DNA from: Anaeromyxobacter sp.
GTDB lineage: Bacteria > Myxococcota > Myxococcia > Myxococcales > Anaeromyxobacteraceae
Assembly (NCBI GenBank): GCA_049840735.1
Contig: JASGJN010000017.1
Coordinates: 448,001-512,000 of the forward strand
DNA: 64,000 nt
Reading direction: 5' to 3'
This document shows positions 45,375 through 56,630 of the stretch, one piece after another. A program made the position numbers and the translations under genes. A model generated the notes under the pieces. That model ran no database searches and was not told where the DNA came from. It was given only the letters and a program-made list of their open reading frames with translations. Each line of letters starts with the position of its first letter. The stretch's first letter is position 1.

Positions 45375-46091
45375 ATGTCCACCGTCAGCACCAGCCTCTC
45401 CGACCTCCCCAGCGTGGGGAGCGGCCTCACCAGCAGCAGCACCAGCGGCGCGTCCAACGAGCTGGGGAAGAACGAGTTCCTGAAGCTGCTCACCACGCAG
45501 ATGCGGTACCAGGACCCGCTCAGCCCGATGGACAACCAGCAGTTCATCGCGCAGCTGGCCCAGTTCTCGTCGGTGGAGCAGATGCAGAACGTCGGCAACA
45601 AGCTCGACACGCTGCTGCTCGCCACCGCCTCGTCCAACCAGATGCAGACCGCCTCGCTGGTGGGCAAGGAGGTCCGCTTCACCTCCAGCAGATCGGCCTC
45701 ACCGCCAGCGGCGGGTCGCCCATGGAGATCTCCCTGGCCGGGGCCGCCGATCAGACCAGCGTGGTGATCACCGACGCCAACGGGCGCGTGGTCCGCACGC
45801 TCCAGCTCGGCGCGCACGACGCCGGGACCTTCCAGGCCACCTGGGACGGCCTCGACGAGCAGGGCAACCGGCTCCCCGCCGGCGAGTACGGCCTCACCGC
45901 GGCCGGCACCACCACCGCCGGCGACAAGGTGGCGGCCATCACCAGCATCCGCGGCCTGGTCAGCGGCGTGAACTTCGACGGCGGCGTGGCCCGGCTGGTC
46001 GTCAACGGCCGCACCGTCACCCTCTCCGAGGTCGGGGAGATTCTCCATCGCCCCATCCTCCACCAGCACCACCTCCACCACCGGCGCGTAA
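45375..46091 (+). CDS. flgD: Hook capping protein FlgD; frameshifts near 45690 and 46041
   Basis: FLKLLTTQMRYQDPLSPMDNQQFIAQLAQFSS, WDGLDEQG..LPAGEY. Confidence 0.92.
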
Positions 46092-46118
46092 GCCGGAGCC
46101 ACACCGAAAGGAAGCGCC

Positions 46119-47402
46119 ATGTCCCTCCTCTCCGCCCTCTCCTCCGGCACCACCGGCCTCGAGTCCGCCTCGATGGAGCTGTCCGTCGTCGGCGACAACA
46201 TCGCCAACGCCAACACGGTCGGGTTCAAGGCCGGCCGCGCCGCCTTCCAGGACTCCCTCACCCAGGCCGTGATCGGCGGGTCCGGCGAGATTGGCCTCGG
46301 GTCGCGCCTGCAGGCGGTGCAGAAGATCCTCACCCAGGGCGCCCTCACCTCCACCGGCATCGCGACCGACCTGGCGCTGCAGGGCAACGGCTACTACGTG
46401 GTCCACGGCAACCACAACGGCCAGACCTCCAACTTCTACACGCGCGCCGGCCAGTTCACCGTCGACAAGGACGGCTACTTCGTCAACCTGGAGGGGCTGC
46501 GCGTGCAGGGCTTCGCCGCCGACTCCGCCGGCAACGTCTCCGGCATGCCGGGCGACCTGCTGGTCGGCACCGCCTCGGCGCAGCCGCGCGCCACCCAGGC
46601 CATCACGGTCAAGGCCAACCTGCAGTCGGACTCGGTCACGCCCGCGCTGCCCTGGGATCCGGCCGACCCGACCGCCACCAGCAACTTCTCCACCAGCATG
46701 ACCGTCTACGACGGCCTGGGCCTGGCGCACCAGACGCAGGTCTTCTTCCGCAACAACGGCGGCGGCAACTGGGAGTGGCACGCCATGACCGACGGCGCCA
46801 CGCTCAACCCCACCGCCACCGGGCTGCAGGAGATTGCCGGCGGCACCCTCACCTTCGACTCCACCGGCCTCCTCACCGGCGTCACGCAGGCGTCCAGCTT
46901 CGCGCCGGCCGGCTCCGCCGCCGCCCAGCCGCTCACCTTCAACTTCGGCGACCCCACCGGCGCCGGCGGCACCGGCCTGGGGGGCATCACCCAGTTCGCC
47001 GCCCCCTCCGCCTCGACCTTCATCGGGCAGGACGGCTTCGGCTCCGGCCAGCTCTCCGCCATCCGCGTGGACACGCAGGGCAACATCGCCGGCATCTTCA
47101 CGAACGGCCAGACCCGCGTGCTGGGCCAGGTGGCCGTGGCCAGCTTCGCCGGCCCGGACAAGCTGGAGCGCATCGGCGGCAACCTGTACGCGCAGAGCCA
47201 GGAGTCGGGCCAGCCGGTGGTCGGCTCGCCGGGCACCGGCGGCCGCGCCTCGGTGGTCTCCGGCTCGCTGGAGCAGTCCAACGTGGACCTGGCCGAGCAG
47301 TTCGTCCGGCTCATCGCCGCGCAGCGCGCGTTCCAGGCCAACTCCAAGACCATCACCACGGCCGACCAGCTCCTCTCCGAGCTGATCGCCATGAAGCGGT
47401 AG
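46119..47402 (+). CDS. flgE: Flagellar hook protein FlgE
   Basis: NIANANTVGFK, DLALQGNGY, YTRAGQF, LEQSNVDLAEQF..AQRAFQANSK. Confidence 0.96.
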   Translation: MSLLSALSSGTTGLESASMELSVVGDNIANANTVGFKAGRAAFQDSLTQAVIGGSGEIGLGSRLQAVQKILTQGALTSTGIATDLALQGNGYYVVHGNHNGQTSNFYTRAGQFTVDKDGYFVNLEGLRVQGFAADSAGNVSGMPGDLLVGTASAQPRATQAITVKANLQSDSVTPALPWDPADPTATSNFSTSMTVYDGLGLAHQTQVFFRNNGGGNWEWHAMTDGATLNPTATGLQEIAGGTLTFDSTGLLTGVTQASSFAPAGSAAAQPLTFNFGDPTGAGGTGLGGITQFAAPSASTFIGQDGFGSGQLSAIRVDTQGNIAGIFTNGQTRVLGQVAVASFAGPDKLERIGGNLYAQSQESGQPVVGSPGTGGRASVVSGSLEQSNVDLAEQFVRLIAAQRAFQANSKTITTADQLLSELIAMKR

Positions 47403-47419
47403 GCCCACCGCCCACCCCG

Positions 47420-47454
47420 CGCCGCGGCGAGCCGCTTAACGGTTCGCCGCGGCG
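47420..47454. terminator. Strong hairpin after flgE (terminator or mRNA-stabilising stem)
   Basis: CGCCGCGGCGAGCCG-CTTAA-CGGTTCGCCGCGGCG; no U-tract. Confidence 0.45.
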
Positions 47455-47483
47455 TGACGAAGACCCGGTTGCGGGGAGTGCCC

Positions 47484-47719
47484 ATGATCGTGCTCACACG
47501 CCTGGACGGAAAGGAGCTGGTGGTCAACGCGGATCAGATCTGACCGTCGAGGCCACCCCCGACACCGTGCTCCTGCTCTCGAACGGCATGCACCTCATGG
47601 TGAAGGAGCCGCCCGACGAGGTGGTCTCGCGCGCCATCGCCTACCGGCACCGGGTCGCGGCCGGCCCCGAGCCGCGCGGCCGCCTGGTGCCGCTGCGCCC
47701 CAGCGCCTCCGAGGACTAG
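47484..47719 (+). CDS. flbD: Flagellar FlbD/SwrD-family protein; frameshift near 47540
   Basis: MIVLTRLDGKELVVNADQI / TVEATPDTVLLLSNG..MVKE..EVV; not in the ORF track as one frame. Confidence 0.88.
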
Positions 47720-47722
47720 CCC

Positions 47723-48502
47723 ATGGACATCACCACCATCGGCGGCATCGTCGCGGCCATCGGCTTCATCCTGCTCGGCCAGGCGCTCGAGGGCGGCCAC
47801 ATCGGCTCGCTGCTCCAGCTCACGGCGGCCCTCATCATCTTCGGCGGCACGCTGGGCGCGGTGATGGTCGCGTTCCCGAAGAAGCAGTTCATGATGGGCA
47901 TGAAGATGGTGAAGCTCGCGTTCGGCGACAGCAAGGCCGACCTGGGCGGCCTGGCCCGGCAGATCGTGGAGTTCGCCGGGGTGGCCCGCCGCGACGGCGT
48001 GCTGGCCCTGGAGGGCAAGCTCTCGGAGGTGAACGACCCCTTCCTGCGCCGGGCCCTGCAGTTCGTGGTGGACGGCGTGGACGCCAGCGTGACCCGCGAC
48101 ACCCTGGAGACGGCCATCGAGGCCGACTTCGAGGAGCACATCGTGGGCGCGAAGGTCTGGGAGTCGGCCGGCGGCTTCGCCCCCACCATCGGCATCCTGG
48201 GGGCCGTGCTCGGCCTGATCCACGTGATGGAGAACCTCTCCGACCCGTCCAAGCTGGGCGGCGGCATCGCGACCGCCTTCGTGGCCACGGTGTACGGCGT
48301 GGGCTCGGCCAACATCTTCTTCCTGCCCTTCGCCAACAAGATCAAGCTCAAGCTCAACGCCGAGAAGGAGCGCAAGAACCTGATCGCCCAGGGCGTGCTC
48401 TCCATCCAGGAGGGGCTCAACCCGCGCGTGCTGGAGGAGAAGCTGCGGGCCTACACCGGCGAGGAGGCCGCCCCTGCCGAGGCCGAGAAGAAGGCGGCCT
48501 AG
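47723..48502 (+). CDS. motA: Stator protein MotA
   Basis: ARRDGVLALE, GGFAPTIGILGAVLGLI, AFVATVYG, IQEGLNP. Confidence 0.95.
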   Translation: MDITTIGGIVAAIGFILLGQALEGGHIGSLLQLTAALIIFGGTLGAVMVAFPKKQFMMGMKMVKLAFGDSKADLGGLARQIVEFAGVARRDGVLALEGKLSEVNDPFLRRALQFVVDGVDASVTRDTLETAIEADFEEHIVGAKVWESAGGFAPTIGILGAVLGLIHVMENLSDPSKLGGGIATAFVATVYGVGSANIFFLPFANKIKLKLNAEKERKNLIAQGVLSIQEGLNPRVLEEKLRAYTGEEAAPAEAEKKAA

Positions 48503-48523
48503 GCAGCGCCCCGGGAGACCAAC

Positions 48524-49296
48524 GTGGCGAAGAAGCACAAGCACGAAGAGCACGAGAACCACGAGCGCTGGCTGGTCTCGTACGCCGACTTCATGACGCT
48601 GCTGATGGCGTTCTTCGTGGTCATGTACGCGGTCTGCGCGTGGACAACAAGCGGATCGTCCAGGCCGCCGAGTCCATCCGCTGGGCCATGCACTTCTCGG
48701 GCACCGGCGGCACCGGCGCCCTGCCCATCTTCGACGGCCCGCCCAGCGAGGGCGGCGGCCCGGCCCTCCGCAGCGGCACGCAGAACGTCGAGCAGGAGAA
48801 GAAGGCCATCGAGATGCTCCGCAAGCGGCTGGAGAAGCGCGTGCGGGCCCTGGTGGTGGAGCGCCCGCAGACCCCCGCCGTCACGGTGCTGGTGGAGGGG
48901 CGCAAGCTGACGGTGCGGCTCGCCGCCACCGAGTTCTTCGACCCCGGCCAGGCCGCGCTGCGGCCGCAGTCGCTGCCGGTGCTGGACGCCATCGCCGGCG
49001 AGCTGATCCCGCTGCGGCGGCTGCTGCGCTGCGAGGGGCACACCGACGAGACGCCCATCGGGAACGACCGCTGGCGCAACAACTGGGAGCTCTCGTCCGC
49101 CCGCGCCGCCACGGTGGTGACCTACCTGGAGGCGGCGCACCAGGCCAGGCCCGAGCTGCTGGCCGCGGTCGGGCTGGGCTCGTCCCACCCGCTCTCCACC
49201 GCCGGCACGCCCGAGGCGCACGAGCTCAACCGGCGCGTCGAGATGGTGATCGAGCTCGACCCCAAGGACGAGATGCTCGGCACCGGGCTGGAGTAG
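48524..49296 (+). CDS. motB: Stator protein MotB; frameshift near 48635
   Basis: ERWLVSYADFMTLLMAFFVVMYA, EGHTD, NWELSSARA, NRRVE. Confidence 0.93.
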
Positions 49297-49605
49297 CGAC
49301 CCGGGCCGAGCCGCGGGATGCGCCCGTCCCCCGGCGCGCCCGCCGTGCTCGCGTCCCGGCTCCCGCCGGAGCTCGCGCCGCGCCTGCCTGGTCACCGGAG
49401 GCCCTGGCACCGGTCCTTGGGACAGGGTCAGCGGCCCCTTCCCCCACGCCACCCTCCCGGTCAACCCCTGGGTTGGACGTCACCCTCACGATCCAGCCCG
49501 CCGGCGAGGGACCCTGTCGCACGCGAGCCAGGAAAATCCCCACAAACGGCGTAAGTTGCCGCAGGCCGATTCACGCCACGTCATGAGCCCGCGCAGGCCG
49601 GCGAC

Positions 49606-49622
49606 CTGGCACGGGCTTCGCT
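49606..49622 (+). promoter_or_regulatory. sigma-54 promoter upstream of the MCP gene
   Basis: cTGGCACGGGCTTCGCt. Confidence 0.65.
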
Positions 49623-49709
49623 CACGCGGGTTCGCGGTGCCCTGCGCGCGCGGGCCCCCGTCCTCCTGAAGCGTGGCGGACGCATACATGCGCTCCCGGA
49701 GTCAGAGCG

Positions 49710-52367
49710 ATGCTGAGGGACATGAAGACCGCCACGAAGATCGGGCTCGGGTTCGCCCTCCCGCTCATCCTCTTCGTGGCGCTGGCGCTGTTCGCCATGT
49801 TCAACATCACGCGCCTGGTCGAGACCACCACCTGGGTGCGCAAGAGCCAGGAGGCGGTGGGGTACGGCGAGCGCCTCGTCACCTCGATGGCCGACCAGGA
49901 GTCCGGCCAGCGCACCTTCCTGCTCACCGGCTCGGAGCAGTTCCTCTCCGGCTACAAGGGCGGGCAGAAGTCCTTCGCCGAGGCCATGGAGGGCGCGCGC
50001 AAGGCCGTGGCCGGGAACGCCGAGCAGATTGCCCGGCTGGACAAGATCCAGGCGCTGGCCGACCGCTTCCTGAAGGAGGCCGCGGACAAGGAGATCGAGA
50101 AGCGGCGCGAGATGAACCGCGGCGACGCCACCATGGAGGACGTGGGCTGGGCGGTGAAGACCAGCACCGGGCGTCCCATCCTGCTGGAGCTGCGCAAGAT
50201 CGCGCGCGAGTTCGTGGACGCCGAGCGGAGCCAGCTGGAGGAGAAGAGCGCCGCGGCGGAGCAGGGCGCCAGGCTGGCCACCTGGGGCACCCTCGTGGTG
50301 ACGCTGGTGGCGCTCCTGCTGGCCATCGCGGCGGTGATCGTCCTGGCCCGCAACGTGGGCGGCACGGTGCGCCGGCTGGCGGCCGAGGCCCGGACCCTGA
50401 CCGACGCGGTGGCGGCGGGGCGGCTCGGCGAGCGGGTCCACGCCGATCTGGCCGGGGCCGAGTTCCGGCCCGTCCTCACCGGCATGAACGAGATCATGGA
50501 CGCGTACGCGCGCCCGGTGGCCCTCACCTCCGAGTACGTGCGCCGCATCGCCACCGGCGAGGCGCCGCCGCCCATCGTCGAGGAGTTCCAGGGCGACTTC
50601 AACGTCATCAAGGAGAGCCTCAACGACCTGACCGAGATCGTGCGCCGGCGCGGCGAGGACATCGACCGGCTGATCGCGGCGGCGCTGGAGGGGCGGCTCG
50701 ACTACCGGGCCGACGCCAGCCGCTACGAGGGCGGCAACGCCCGCGTCATCGACGGCATGAACAGGATGCTGGACGCGCTCACCCAGCCGCTCAAGGTGGC
50801 CGCCTCCTACGTGGACCGGATCGCCCGCGGCGACGTGCCGGAGAAGATCACCGCCGAGTACCGCGGCGACTTCGACCTGCTGAAGCGCAACCTCAACACC
50901 TGCATCGACGCCATCAACGCGCTCATCGCCGACGCCCGGCAGCTGGCCGAGGCCGCGGTGCAGGGCAAGCTGGGCGTGCGGGCCGACGCCGGCCGCCACC
51001 AGGGCGACTTCCGCACCATCGTCGTGGGCGTCAACGCCACCCTGGACGCCGTCATCGCGCCGCTGCAGATGGCGGCCCGCCACGTCGAGCAGATCTCCCG
51101 CGGCGAGATCCCCCCCGCATCGACGCCGCCTACGCCGGCGACTACGGCCACCTGCGGGACAGCATCAACACCTGCATCGACGCGGTGAACCGGCTGGTCA
51201 AGGACGCCAACCACCTGGTGGGCGAGGCGCTGGAGGGCCGGCTCTCGACCCGGGTGGACGCGTCCGGCCACCAGGGTGACTTCCGCAAGATCGTGGACGG
51301 CGTCAACCGGACGCTGGACGCGGTCATCGCCCCGGTCACCGAGGCCTCGCGGGTGCTGGAGCAGCTGGCGGAGCGCGACCTGCGGGCGCGCGTCACCGGC
51401 GACTTCGTGGGCGATCACGCCCGCATCAAGACCGCCCTCAACGCCACCGCCGGCGCCCTCCACGACGCCATGGCCCAGGTGGCCTCGGCCGTGGAGCAGG
51501 TCTCCTCGGCCGCCACGCAGATCGCCTCGTCGTCGCACGCGGTGGCCGACGGCGCCTCGGTCCAGGCCAGCTCGCTGGCCGACACCACCTCCTCCATCGA
51601 GTCGGTGGCGGCCATGGTGAAGCAGGCGGCCGACCACGCCCAGCGCGCCAACCACCTGGCCCTGTCCGCCCGCGGCGCCGCGGGCGAGGGCGCCCAGGCC
51701 GTGGACCAGCTGCAGGGCACCATGGTCAAGATCAGGCAGTCGGCGGAGGGGACCTCGCAGAATCATCCGCGACGTCTCGGACATCGCCTTCCAGACCAAC
51801 CTGCTGGCCCTCAACGCCGCGGTCGAGGCCGCCCGCGCCGGCGAGGCCGGCCGCGGCTTCGCGGTGGTGGCCGAGGAGGTCCGCTCCCTGGCCCTGCGCG
51901 CCAAGGAGGCCGCCACCAAGACCGAGGCCCTGATCCGCCAGTCGGTGAAGCAGGCCGGCGAGGGCGAGGTCGCGGCCAGGCAGGTGGCGGGCAAGCTGGG
52001 TGAGATCACCAAGGGCATCGCCAGCGTCACCGACATCGTCTCGGAGATCGCCGCCTCGGCCAAGGACCAGGCCGGCGGCATCACCAAGGTGACCAGCGCC
52101 ATCGGCGACATGGACCGCGTCACCCAGCAGAACGCGGCCAGCGCCGAGGAGTCCTCCTCCGCGGCGGCCGAGCTCTCCGGCCAGTCGGAGGAGCTGGCGG
52201 CGATGATCGGCTCGTTCCACATGGACCGGCCCGAGCTGCGGACCGTGCGCCGCCCGGCCGCGCCAGCCCTGCTGGCCCCGGATCCGTTCCCGGCAGCGGC
52301 GCAGGCGGCGTCGGCGCCGGACCAGCTCTTCCCCATGGAGGACGAGGCCGAGATCCGCGACTTCTGA
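49710..52367 (+). CDS. Methyl-accepting chemotaxis protein (CHASE3-like sensor, poly-HAMP); frameshifts near 51115 and 51762
   Basis: Two TMs, [11 protein letters not shown], repeated HAMP units (GDF...N...D), [35 protein letters not shown]-terminal EIRDF. Confidence 0.92.
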
Positions 52368-52593
52368 GCGAGGCGCGCCCACCTCCGGAGCCGCCCTGGC
52401 GCCGGCCTGCCCTCCCCGGCAGCGCCGGCGTCGCCGTCTCCAGGCCCCGGAAGGTCGGGTCGCGATGGGGCTCATGCTCCGACCCGGGTCACGAAACACC
52501 CCCTGGGGCCGACATCGCGTCGCCGGCCTCTCTTCCAGGACCAGGATATCCCTGGGATTTTCCGGTGGCCGCGGCGCCCCGCCCCGCGCCCGG

Positions 52594-52610
52594 CTGGCAC
52601 ATTCGGTGCT
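52594..52610 (+). promoter_or_regulatory. sigma-54 promoter upstream of cheW-cheB
   Basis: cTGGCACATTCGGTGCt. Confidence 0.65.
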
Positions 52611-52667
52611 CTCGGTCTCCCCACCACCCGGCGCACCGTGAGACCGCGCCGCCGTCCGGAGGATGAC

Positions 52668-53213
52668 GTGGAAGCTGACACCACCCAGGGCAGCGCGCGC
52701 GGCAGCCAGAGCGCCGAGCTCGGCAAGCGGCTCGCAGGCAAGTACATGACCTTCCAGCTGGCCCGCGAGGAGTACGGGCTGGAGATCCTGAAGGTCCGCG
52801 AGATCATCGGCCTGCTCGAGATCACGCGCGTGCCACGCACCCGCGACTTCATCCGCGGCGTCATCAACCTGCGCGGCAAGGTCATCCCGGTCATCGACCT
52901 CCGGCTGAAGTTCGGCATGGAGCGGAGCGAGCCCACCGACCAGACCGTCATCATCGTGGTCCAGTGCCAGGTGGACGGCCGCGCGCTGACCATGGGGCTG
53001 CTGGTGGACCAGGTGCTCGAGGTGCTGCCCTTCGACGCCGACCACATCGAGCCGACCCCCTCGCTCGGCCACGCGGCCCTCGACGACGGCTTCATCCTTG
53101 GCGTGGGCAAGCACGACAAGCGGATCGTCTTCCTGCTCGACATCGCCCGCATCCTCTCCACCGACGAGATGCGGGAGCTGACCCGCACCGCCGGCGAGCC
53201 CCGCGCGGAGTGA
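52668..53213 (+). CDS. cheW: Coupling protein CheW
   Basis: YGLEILKVREII, GVINLRGKVIPVIDLR, GLLVDQV. Confidence 0.95.
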   Translation: MEADTTQGSARGSQSAELGKRLAGKYMTFQLAREEYGLEILKVREIIGLLEITRVPRTRDFIRGVINLRGKVIPVIDLRLKFGMERSEPTDQTVIIVVQCQVDGRALTMGLLVDQVLEVLPFDADHIEPTPSLGHAALDDGFILGVGKHDKRIVFLLDIARILSTDEMRELTRTAGEPRAE

Positions 53214-54398
<1,185 letters not shown>

Positions 54399-54465
54399 GG
54401 ACGGCGCCGGATCAGCAGGGTCGGCGCCGGTGGCGGTCCGGGCCGGCTTCGCCGGCCCCAACGGT

Positions 54466-54921
54466 CTACTCCCGCGCCTCCAGGTCCAGCACCAGGTGCA
54501 GCGGCTCACCGCTCTCCAGCCGGACGGTGGCGGCGCAGGTGCGCGGCCCCGGCAGCGGCTCGTCGGTCAGATCGGTGCTGGGCAGGCCCAGCTGGCTGGG
54601 CACCTCGGTGCCGAAGTAGCGGGTCAGGAAGGAGCCGCCGATCACGTTGAGCAGCTCGGAGACGGCGGCCCGGCCGTACTCCTCGGCCTCGGCGTCGGCC
54701 ATGTCCAGCCCCAGCATGTTGGCGGCGATCTCCACCGCCGCCGGCATGGAGGTCGCGAGCCGCAGGGTGCCGCCGCGGGTGGACTCGAAGGCGATCCGGG
54801 CCACCAGCACCGGCGGGGTCCAGCCCTCCGGCTCGTCGCTGGGCTCGGCGAAGATGAAGGCAGTGTCCTGGAGGATGCTCCCCAGGATGTCGGTCAGCAG
54901 GTCGGGGGTCGGCTCGAGCAT
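54466..54921 (-). CDS. cheX: CheX-like phosphatase
   Basis: IAANMLG, AVSELLNVIGG (ExxN), LGLP; last gene of the che operon. Confidence 0.75.
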   Translation of the reverse strand: MLEPTPDLLTDILGSILQDTAFIFAEPSDEPEGWTPPVLVARIAFESTRGGTLRLATSMPAAVEIAANMLGLDMADAEAEEYGRAAVSELLNVIGGSFLTRYFGTEVPSQLGLPSTDLTDEPLPGPRTCAATVRLESGEPLHLVLDLEARE

Positions 54922-54922
54922 G

Positions 54923-55309
54923 CTAGGCTCCCGTCGTTCCCAGGATCTGGACCACCACGTCCCGCAGCGCCTCCGGGCGGAATGGCTTGGCCAGGTAGGC
55001 CCGGGCGCCCTTGTCGAGCAGGTGCTCGATCTTCTCCTGGCTCATGGGGGTGGCCACGATCACCACCGGCACCCCGGCCAGGTCGGGGTCGGCCGACATC
55101 CGCTCCACCAGCTCCACCCCGTTCATGACCGGCATGTTGATGTCGGCCAGCACCAGGTCGACCCGGTGCGCCTGGAGCTTCTCCAGCGCCTCGGCGCCGT
55201 CGGCGGCCTCGTGCACCTCCGTGACCTGTATCCCGCACAGACCCAGGGCGCGGCGCACCATCTTGCGCGTCACCGGCGAGTCGTCCACCACCAGCATCTC
55301 GAGTCCCAC
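54923..55309 (-). CDS. cheY: Single-domain response regulator (CheY-like)
   Basis: VVDDS, ADINMP, KPF; GTG start after GGAGG. Confidence 0.85.
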   Translation of the reverse strand: MGLEMLVVDDSPVTRKMVRRALGLCGIQVTEVHEAADGAEALEKLQAHRVDLVLADINMPVMNGVELVERMSADPDLAGVPVVIVATPMSQEKIEHLLDKGARAYLAKPFRPEALRDVVVQILGTTGA

Positions 55310-55344
55310 GACGCAAACCTCCCGGGCGCTCCAGCGCCCGCTCG

Positions 55345-55824
55345 TCACAGCGGCGCGACCTCTGCCCCCGACTGGATCGTCACCTGACCCGTGTCCACGA
55401 ACAGCCGGGCGGTGCGGGAGCGACTTCCCCCCACGTCCTCCGCCGCGACGAGCACCTGCGCCTTCCAGAAGATCTTCCGCATCATGGTGTGGTTGCGTTT
55501 CCCGATGTCGAAGGTTCCACCGTCATTGTGGAAGTTTCCGCCACCAGCCGCCTTGACCACGATGTCGCCTTTCTTGCTTCCGAGCGCGTACATCTTCTCG
55601 AACAGCAAGGGTATGCCGGTGTCGGCAAAGGTACCCGGGGACTGCAGGGCCCGCTCCGGCGACAGCGTGGAGGTGGGGAGCTGGAAGTGGAGCATGCCAC
55701 CGATCTTGCGCCGGGGGTCGTACACGATGACGGCGATGCACGACCCCAGCCCGTGCGTGATTAGCACGGAGCCGGCGTCCGCCGTCACCTCGAGACCACC
55801 GATCCCGACCGTGACCAGGTTCAC
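55345..55824 (-). CDS. cheD: Chemoreceptor glutamine deamidase CheD
   Basis: THGLGSC, GGMLHFQLP, FADTGI, IGKRN, EDVGG. Confidence 0.93.
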   Translation of the reverse strand: MNLVTVGIGGLEVTADAGSVLITHGLGSCIAVIVYDPRRKIGGMLHFQLPTSTLSPERALQSPGTFADTGIPLLFEKMYALGSKKGDIVVKAAGGGNFHNDGGTFDIGKRNHTMMRKIFWKAQVLVAAEDVGGSRSRTARLFVDTGQVTIQSGAEVAPL

Positions 55825-56630
55825 CGGACCTCCGCGGGCAGGCGGTACACCGAGGGGCGCTCGCTGCGCAGCCGCGTCTCGATGCCGTTGAGGGTCTCCG
55901 AGTGGCCGATGAAGAGGTGGCACCCGGGGCGAAGCAGGCGGGCGATCTCGCCGACCAGCCCGGCGCGCATGGGGCGGTCGAAGTAGATCATCACGTTCCG
56001 GCAGAAGACCGCGTCGAGCGGGCCTGACATGGGGTACGGCCGGGCGGCCAGGTTGAGCCGGTGGTAGACGATGCGCTCGCGCAGCTTGCGCGAGATGGTC
56101 CAGCGGGCCCCGCCCTCGTCTGACGGCGCCGCCTCCAGGTACCTGGAGCGCAGCGCCGCCGGGATGGGCTCGACCTCCTCGTCGGCGTAGACCCCCTCGG
56201 CCGCGCGGGCCAGCACCCGCGTCGAGATGTCGGTGGCCAGGATGCGCCAGTCCCGGTTGCGCAGCAGCGGCTCCAGGACCATCGCGGCGGTGTACGGCTC
56301 CTCGCCGGACGAGCAGCCCGCGCACCAGAACCGGAACCGCTCCTGGCCGGCGGCCAGCGCCGCCTGCACCGACTGCGCGAGCGTGTCGAAGTGATCCGGC
56401 TCGCGGAAGAACTTGGTGAAGTTGGTGGAGATGGCGTCCAGGAAGAGGACCAGCTCGTCCTCGCCCTCGGTGCGGAGCTTGTCCAGGTACTCGCGCTCGG
56501 ACGAGAGCCCCAGCTCGCGCAGCCGGCGCGCCAGGCGCGCCTGCACCAGCGCCGCCTTGCCCGGGCGCAGGAAGATGCCCGCCTTGGTGTGGGCAATCTC
56601 CTGGAAGGCCTGGAACGTCTCCTTCTCCAT
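55821..56630 (-). CDS. cheR: Chemotaxis methyltransferase CheR
   Basis: TNFTKFFRE, WCAGCSSGEEPY, ATDIS, FCRNVMIYFD, GHSE. Confidence 0.96.
   Translation of the reverse strand: MEKETFQAFQEIAHTKAGIFLRPGKAALVQARLARRLRELGLSSEREYLDKLRTEGEDELVLFLDAISTNFTKFFREPDHFDTLAQSVQAALAAGQERFRFWCAGCSSGEEPYTAAMVLEPLLRNRDWRILATDISTRVLARAAEGVYADEEVEPIPAALRSRYLEAAPSDEGGARWTISRKLRERIVYHRLNLAARPYPMSGPLDAVFCRNVMIYFDRPMRAGLVGEIARLLRPGCHLFIGHSETLNGIETRLRSERPSVYRLPAEVR

Noticed and set aside
49300..49700. c-di-GMP-I riboswitch upstream of the MCP
   Set aside because: The conserved GGCAAA/GAAA/GACGCAAA elements were not found; the region is explained by a sigma-54 promoter.
32954..52367. Decaying (pseudogenised) flagellar cluster or programmed frameshifting
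   Set aside because: Single-base indels also hit unrelated genes, motifs remain intact, no in-frame nonsense decay was noticed, and the indels cluster at GATC; sequencing error is the simpler explanation.
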